A stretch of DNA of 64,000 nucleotides from Macrostomum lignano (lineage: Eukaryota): contig NIVC01001388.1 in the NCBI GenBank assembly GCA_002269645.1, positions 186,001 to 250,000 on the forward strand. The letters are read 5' to 3'. A program made the translations under genes and the position numbers. The notes below the pieces were generated by a model. It did no database searches and was not told where the DNA came from. It saw nothing but the letters and a program-made list of their open reading frames with translations. Shown here one piece after another: positions 57,801-64,000 of this stretch (position 1 is its first letter; the number at the start of each line of letters is the position of its first letter).

Positions 57801-60023
57801 GCCTGCCCGCCGCCAGCTCCGGCCTGAAAGTCGGCGACCGGCTGCTCAGCGCCAACGGGCGCAGCCTCGCCAGAGCCGCCCATCGCGAGGCCATCGCCGC
57901 CATGCGGGCGACGCCCGATGGCTCTGGCGGCGTCCTTCGACTCCGGGTGCGGCACGAGCCGCCGCCTGCCGGCTATCGCTGCCTGCGCATCCCCCTTCCG
58001 GCGCCGGCGGCCGCAGCGAAACCCGCCAGTGCCGCCGCTGTGGCCGCCGTCGCCAGGCCCAGGCTCGGCATCGCCGTCTGCGGTGGCGCCGGCTCGCCGC
58101 CAGCCAATCCCGACGACCCAACAGACGAAGGCGTCTTCGTTGCCAAGGTGTCGCCAGGCGGATTGTTCCACTCTGATGGACAGCTGAAGACTGGTGAGTT
58201 GCTACCTGCCCTGTCACCCCCTCTGTCTGCCCTCCGTCACCTTTCTGTCTGCCCTCCGTCACCCACATTACCTGCCCTCCGTCAATCTCGGCCTGCCCTC
58301 CGTCAATCTCGGCCTGCCCTCCGTCAATCTCGGCCTGCCCTCCGTCAATCTCGGCCTGCCCTCCGTCAATCTCGGCCTGCCCTCCGTCAATCTCGGCCTG
58401 CCCTCCGTCAATCTCGGCCTGCCCTCCGTCAATCTCGGCCTGACCTCCGTCAATCTCGGCCTGCCCTCCGTCAATCTCGGCCTGCCCTCCGTCATAGTTA
58501 TAAAAATTAAACTCCGCTACATATCGGCAGCTCATTCATTGCAATCGCAAAATTAAACTACGCTACATATCGGCAGCTCATTCATTGCAATCGCAAAATT
58601 AAACTACGCTACATATCGGCAGCTCATTCATTGCAATCGCAAAATTAAACTACGCTACATATCGGCAGCTCTTTCATTGCAATCGCAACCCCCCCCCCCA
58701 AATCCGAGCAGGCATGCGCCTTCTGGACGCCAACGGTCGCAACCTGATTGGAGTGTCTCGCGAGGAGGCCGTCTCGATTCTTCGCAGCCTCATCGCCCAT
58801 CCAGCCGTCAACGCAGCGCCGGACATCCAGCTGACTGTCTGCGACGGCTGCCCGTCTGACCGCCTGTTGCTGGGCGACGCCGACGACGCCAGGCCTCTCA
58901 GCGGCATCAGCGGTGGCGGAGCGCTTCGCCGCGAAAGCAGCACCAGTATTGACCCCGGGGAGGAGATCGAGCACCTCAAGGAGCTGCGGCTTCTCGGTCA
59001 ACAGGTGCGTGTGGCTTTGCTGGTGTCTCAGTCCTCCCAGCTGGTGTCTCAGTCCTCCCAGCTGGTGTCTCAGCCCTCCCAGCTGGTGTCTCAGCCCTCC
59101 CAGCTGGTGTCTCAGTCCTCCCAGCTGGTGTCTCAGCTCTCCCAGCTTGGTGTCTCAGCCCTCCCAGCTGGTGTCTCAACCCTCCCAGCTGGTGTCTCAG
59201 CTCTCCCAGCTTGGTGTCTCAGCCCTCCCAGCTGGTGTCTCAGTCCTCCCAGCTGGTGTCTCAGCTCTCCCAGCTTGGTGTCTCAGCCCTCCCAGCTGGT
59301 GTCTCAACCCTCCCAGCTGGTGTCTCAGTCCTCCCAGCTTGGTGTCTCAGCCCTCCTAGCTGGTGTCTCAGTCCTCCCAGCTGGTGTCTCAGCCCTCCCA
59401 GCTGGTGTCTCAGCCCTCCCAGCTGGTGTCTCAGTCCTCCCAGCTGGTGTCTCAGTCCTCCCATCTGGTGTCTCAGCTCTCCCAGCTTGGTGTCTCAGCC
59501 CTCCCAGCTGGTGTCTCAGCCCTCCCAGCTGGTGTCTAAAGGTGCAAAAAGGTGCTCTTCGTATTTTTCAAACGCTATTTTCTCTTGGTAAAGAAGTCAT
59601 TTTATAAGTAGTATAATAACAGTATTTTTACATTTTCAATTTTCAGAGCAAACAAGGTATTTGAATTATCAGTGCATTGCATCGCTGCTTTGCGAGTAAG
59701 TTAAAAATATTAAATGTTTAATATTATTATTTATTACTTAATAATTTTATAATTACAATATTGATTAATATATGCAATATACTAAAATTCATATTTCTAC
59801 TTTGGTACTTGTAAGGATTGTAAGCGAAAAAATAATACATGCAAATAATTTAGTTCAAATTTGCTGGCATATTCGCGTTGCTCTACTTATTTGATTCGGT
59901 TCAGTAGAAAAATACGATTTTTATTACCGAAATTTAATAAAATCTGTAAAAATGCTGTATAATATGCAATCCGAACCGTTTCAGCGCCAGTCGATCATCA
60001 GCAGCGAGGAGCCGAGCTCCTGA
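39563..60023 (+). CDS. scrib: Scribble-like LAP protein (LRR + LAPSD + 3 PDZ), about 1213 aa. Exons 39563-39721, 44173-44290, 44433-44511, 44618-44707, 45294-45552, 46553-46710, 47749-47794, 47888-47971, 49890-50306, 50801-51032, 52441-52592, 54416-54850, 55616-55903, 56699-56854, 57557-58193, 58712-59004, 59985-60023
   Basis: N-terminus MLSCFPF...VDKRHCNL; LRRs colinear with Scribble; [17 protein letters not shown]...LTCYLLPQ; HPKEL and KRRDTPHY motifs; PDZs with GLSIAGG, HPFG and [15 protein letters not shown]. Exons sum to 3642 nt (in frame). Linker and terminal exons are less certain. Confidence 0.88.
44808..45017 (-). mobile_element. tRNA-derived CORE-type SINE, head plus core
   Basis: A box TAGCCTAGTGG and B box GGTTCGATTCCC, then a CORE-like segment shared with 21410-21571. 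Confidence 0.8.
45030..45255. repeat. 35-bp minisatellite related to the 39-bp array at 46745-47695
   Basis: GGATTGCTAGTCTAGCCAACATGGATGAATAGAAT repeated. Confidence 0.9.
45590..46255. repeat. 29-30-bp minisatellite
   Basis: TTATCCCTTGGAGATTTCATTCTTGGGATT repeated. Confidence 0.95.
46745..47695. repeat. 39-bp minisatellite with a ~312-bp higher-order duplication
   Basis: GGATTGCTAATCTAGCCAACATCACTGAAGGAATAGAAT repeated; identical ORF starts at 47020 and 47332. Confidence 0.95.
48050..49830. repeat. 20-bp minisatellite with higher-order blocks
   Basis: TAGAATCTCCCCTAGACTAC repeated; the variant ACAATAATCTCCCCTATAG recurs near 48470, 49110, 49392 and 49675. Confidence 0.95.
50325..50690. repeat. 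36-bp minisatellite
   Basis: GGGGAATCCCAAACTGGGGAATCATAGTGATAATTA repeated. Confidence 0.95.
51070..51890. repeat. (TCTG)n microsatellites at about 51070-51365 and 51715-51890
   Basis: Direct inspection. Confidence 0.95.
52650..53010. repeat. 23-bp minisatellite
   Basis: GACATCTATAGACCAGATACTCA repeated. Confidence 0.9.
53540..54390. repeat. GTGTGTCAGCACAC-core minisatellite ending about 25 nt before an acceptor
   Basis: GTGTGTCAGCACACTCAGTATAG units grading into a longer composite unit. Confidence 0.95.
54905..55570. repeat. 28-bp minisatellite inside the intron that splits the first PDZ
   Basis: GGCCCAGCCTCCCAGAGTGTCAGTTGCT repeated; stop-free, so it creates artefactual ORFs. Confidence 0.95.
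55972..56525. repeat. 20-bp G-rich minisatellite containing TTAGGG
   Basis: TTAGGGTCAGTAGGGTGAGA repeated. Confidence 0.95.
56920..57475. repeat. 21-bp G-rich minisatellite (G-quadruplex-forming potential)
   Basis: AGGGTGAGGGGTAGAGGGAGT near-perfectly repeated. Confidence 0.95.
58270..58688. repeat. 21-bp array (about 58270-58495) followed by a 46-bp array of about 4 copies (58500-58688)
   Basis: CCCTCCGTCAATCTCGGCCTG; AAAATTAAACTACGCTACATATCGGCAGCTCATTCATTGCAATCGC. Confidence 0.9.
59020..59535. repeat. ~21-bp minisatellite
   Basis: CAGCTGGTGTCTCAGCCCTCC repeated. Confidence 0.95.
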
Positions 60024-60454
60024 GGCCGGAGATGCCCCCAGCTATTCTAGAGGCGCCTGGAAACTAGTATGGCGCAAAATGCAAATTTACGAAGCACACT
60101 TATTCACAATTTTCATATAAGTCTCGTCCTTTGTATTGTCGCGTTTGCTTTGTAGAATTGGTCTTTTAGAATTTTAAACTCGCGCCAAAAATCTTGTTAT
60201 TGTTTCTTGGAATTCTTGGCCGATATTTTCTTAAGAATTTTTTAAAGATTTGTTCATTTTTCATTTTTTTTTCATTTGATCAGATGTTTCTACAAGTTTG
60301 CTGTTTTTCTTCAACTTTGTTTTGCTGTGTAGAATTTAACAATTGAATGAAAAAAATGAATGTTTTTATGCTTTGCTTTGGGTTAATATTTTTACAATAT
60401 GACAAAACTGTTGATTTTACATAATGCATGTGTACTTTTCCAAGGCTGTGGCCG

Positions 60455-60830
60455 GGTCGCCTAATAGAACCCTATGGGCACCTAATGTAACCCTATGGGC
60501 ACCTAATGTAACCCTATGGGCACCTAATATAACCCTATGGGCACCTAATGTAACCCTATGGGCACATAATGTAACCCTATGGGCACATAATGTAACCCTA
60601 TGGGCACATAATGTAACCCTATGGGAACATAATGTAACCCTATGGGCACCTAATGGAACCCCAATAGCGCCTAATGGAATCCTATGAGCGCCTAATGGAA
60701 CCCTATTGGCGCCTAATGTAACCCATATGGGCGCCTGATGGAACCCTATTACGGTAGTGCCTAATGAAACCCTACGAGGGCCTAATGAAACCCTTTGGGC
60801 GCCTAATGGAACCCTATGCACGCGTAATAA
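60455..60830. repeat. 21-bp minisatellite
   Basis: GCACCTAATGTAACCCTATGG repeated. Confidence 0.9.
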
Positions 60831-61914
60831 AATTTTGGATGCGCCTAATGCAGCTTGAAGGGCGCCTCTCCCGCCTTGGACACAGCTGGCAATTGTCCAG
60901 CTCATGAATCGCTTACAGCAGCTGCTTAAGACTTAACTGCTACATCGGGTTGTGTAGCAGTGCCGCTTGTTACTACCTAAGTCGTCACATTGGTCAGTAT
61001 TAACTGTTGTATTCTGTCACACGTGTAATCAGGTCAATAAAATCAATGCATTAACTATAATGACATTAAAACCTTGTTTTCGTGATGATTTTTACATTAG
61101 CTTGCTTTCTAAAGGCCCCTGGCAACCAGTAGTATAACTGATTCGCTGTTCGATTGTAGTTATTTTCTTTTGGTTTTTTGTAAATTCAGAACAATATGCC
61201 CGTTATATGCTACTGTTGTTTCGAGTGTAATTTAAAGTATAAAGAAATCGCACGCTTATAAATAAAGCAGGCCATGGCTCAGAGTGCAATCTGAATTTTT
61301 CATGTACAAAATGGATAAGCAAGAAAGATATTAGAAACAAGAAATTTAAGGCAACTGTTTTTATTTATTCATTTTCTTTGTTTTTGTTAATATCAAATTA
61401 TGAAATCAACTGGCTTACATTTCCTGCTTCGTAAAGTTATTTACGCTACATATCGTTATCTGTCCCGGTTAGATATTCTGCTTAACTCAGTAGCAAGTGC
61501 GGCAAATGATTACAGTTTATTGAAATAACGCCAGCTTTTTATCGCCTTGTCAACAGGGCAGTAATGAAACCAGCTGCTGTATCTTGGCAATTGTATTTGG
61601 ATGAGCCGGAAACTTTTCTACCTTGTACGCTGGTTCCATCTTGGCATCAACAAAAGCACGAGTCGAATCCGAGATACAGTGCTCTGTCCTAGCGGACCTC
61701 AGCTCATTAGCTTCGCGAGTGATGGCTGGAAACTGGCCCTGTCAGTCAGTCCAGTGCAGTCCATTGTTGCTGCGCTTATTGGGACAAATTATTTGCATGT
61801 AAAAGTACATTTTCATCCTAGTGGCTGAACTGCTGGGTAAACTTGCAAGTTTCAATGAGATTTGATGTAAATATAGATGCGATCTCAGTATGAGGCCGCG
61901 GTGCATGTACATTG

Positions 61915-63535
61915 TAGGATTAGATCAGTTAGGTTAGCTTGTGGGTGCAAAGTAGATTTGTATCTAATCTCATTGGGATAGGTACATGTAAGATCTAATC
62001 TCACTGGGATTGGTAGATCTATTCTCACTGAGATTGGTTAGCCCCAATCTCACTAATATTGGTTAGATCTATTCTCACTGGGATTGGTTATAGATCTAAT
62101 TTCACTATGATTGGTAAGATCTAACTTCACTGGGAATGGTTAGATCTAATTTCACTGGGATTGTTTAAATTTAAATCTAATCTTACTGGGACTGGTTAGA
62201 TCTTATTTCACTGGGATTAGTTAGATCTAATCTCACATGCAGGGATTGGTTAGATCTATTCTCAAAAGGATAGGCAGATCTAATCTCAATAAGATTGGTA
62301 AATCTAATTTTAATGAAATTGATAGATAATCTCAATGGGGTAGGCAAGTTCAATCTCACAAGAAATAAATCTAATCTCAATAAAATTGGTAGGTCTAATC
62401 TCCTTGGACACAGAGTTAGATACGCTGCATTGCCTCTTCCCCCGCATTGGCAAGCGAAGGCTCAAAGTCGAGCAGATCAGCTGTGCATTCCGCCTTTCCA
62501 TTCGAATATTGTTGCACAAGCAATAAAATAGAATAGGTGAAAAGTGATCAATGAATGATCTCACCAAGGCCCTCCTCGCCACTCCAGTGCCACTTGGCCG
62601 CTGCTCAGCTAATTCCGTATGAGCTGGATTTTAACTAGCGGAGTTGCAGTGACAGCGCGTGTCCCCCGCGGAGCCAGCAAGCTGCAGATCACGCCAGTTC
62701 AGGGTCACGATAACTGGATACACGATTTCGCGAACTACCACACACCTAACAGTGTGATTGACAGCTGGGCAGACGTGTGTGAAAATATGCGAGTCGTTTA
62801 TCTCTGTGTAAAGCATTGTATATAGATTGCAACTGGATTACTGTAAACCTAAATACTATAACCATCTAAGTGAGATTAGATCTGCCTATTTCTTCTCATT
62901 GAGTTTAGATCTACCTAAATCATTGAGATTAGATCTACCTAAATCATTGAGATTAGATCTACCTAAATCATTGAGATTAGATCTACCTAAATCATTGAGA
63001 TTAAATCTACCTAAATCATTGAGATTAGATCTACCTAAATCATTGAGATTAGATCTACCTAAATCATTGAGATTAGATCTACCTAAATCATTGAGATTAA
63101 ATCTACCTAAATCATTGAGATTAGATCTACCTAAATCATTGAGATTAGATCTACCTAAATCATTGAGATTAGATCTACCTAAATCATTGAGATTAAATCT
63201 ACCTAAATCATTGAGATTAGATCTACCTAAATCATTGAGATTAGATCTACCTAAATCATTGAGATTAAATCTTCCTAAATCATTGAGATTAGATCTACCT
63301 AGCTCATTGAGATTAGATCTACCTTTATTCAGTGCGATTAGATCTACCCAACTCATTAAAATTAGGCCTAACAATCCCAGTGGAATTAGATTAGATCTAC
63401 CTAATTCAGTGAGATTGGATCTACTTATCTCATTGAGATTAGATCTACCTATCTCTGTTAGATTACATGTAGATCTACCAATCCCAGTGAGACTAGATCT
63501 AGCTGTATTCCAGTTGAGATTAGATCCGGAGATCC
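61915..63535. mobile_element. Foldback-like structure: two inverted arrays of a TAGATCTAATCTCA repeat around a ~460-bp unique core
   Basis: Left array TAGATCTAATCTCACTGGGA, right array TGAGATTAGATCTACCTAAATCAT. 62271-62288 is the exact reverse complement of 62871-62888, and about 61991-62021 pairs with about 63472-63501. Confidence 0.6.
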
Positions 63536-64000
63536 CCAGAGAATCCCCCATGATCCATTAAGCACTCCGTGAGCAGTCCCCCCTTCCCAAGATAAGCCAT
63601 GAGATCGGGTAACTCATCCGCTCGGAGAGCCGCGCACACTCCCAACTCCAATCTCAGCTCATCAGGTGTCAATTTTCAATCCTGACCTGTCCACTTCGTC
63701 AGCATGATGCCCGACTCCTGTATTCCCAGAAATCCTTGATCTATATATTCTCACTCTGGTGAATATAAGTGCCCATGATCCGCTACAAGCAGTCAGCTTC
63801 TCAATCCTCATCCCCACCCCCTGGGCAGATTTTTGGTCCACTTAACCCATCGACCAGCGGGCAGGCAGGGCGGGAAGTCGGCTGTAAAAAAAATGGTTTC
63901 CGTTGCCAATAAAATGAGGCCGAGAGGAGGAGCGAAACGAAGAAATTGATTTGTCCGCTTTCCCTGACACTGCCCTCGCTTGCTTATTCTCCCTTTCTCT

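Noticed and set aside
62827-63561. LRR-like ORF (LRLDLPKS)n
   Set aside because: A 24-bp satellite whose translation mimics a leucine repeat; it is also open on the opposite strand.
61580-63900. Additional gene fragments at 61600-61830 and 63540-63900
   Set aside because: Short coding-looking stretches with stops and no recognisable family or consistent splice chain.

Overview
Eukaryotic (animal) genomic DNA with GC-rich exons and AT-rich introns packed with minisatellites. The style resembles a free-living flatworm such as Macrostomum, but that is inference only. Genes in order: IMPDH (+, first exon outside the window), with an intronless secreted laminin-G-like gene nested in one intron; a 110-aa orphan coiled-coil ORF ending in a CaaX box (-); a 2-TM orphan ORF (-); an MTCH-like mitochondrial carrier (-); a UBE2Z-like E2 (+); and a Scribble-like LAP protein (+, about 17 exons, only 3 PDZ domains found). 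Mobile DNA includes a dead mariner, a complete 1.56-kb TRIM-like LTR element with a tRNA-Glu-like PBS, CORE-type SINE pieces, RTE fragments and several foldback/MITE-like inverted repeats. The strongest novel signal is a duplicated, diverged, mutually exclusive IMPDH exon pair (10282-10384 vs 13670-13766) covering the Bateman-hinge/NAD-site segment. The nested gene sits between the two exons, and the same enzyme carries a ~31-aa Gly/Ala insertion in its catalytic flap. No rRNA, clear tRNA gene or CRISPR array was found. All splice models were read by hand from GT-AG sites and frame continuity.
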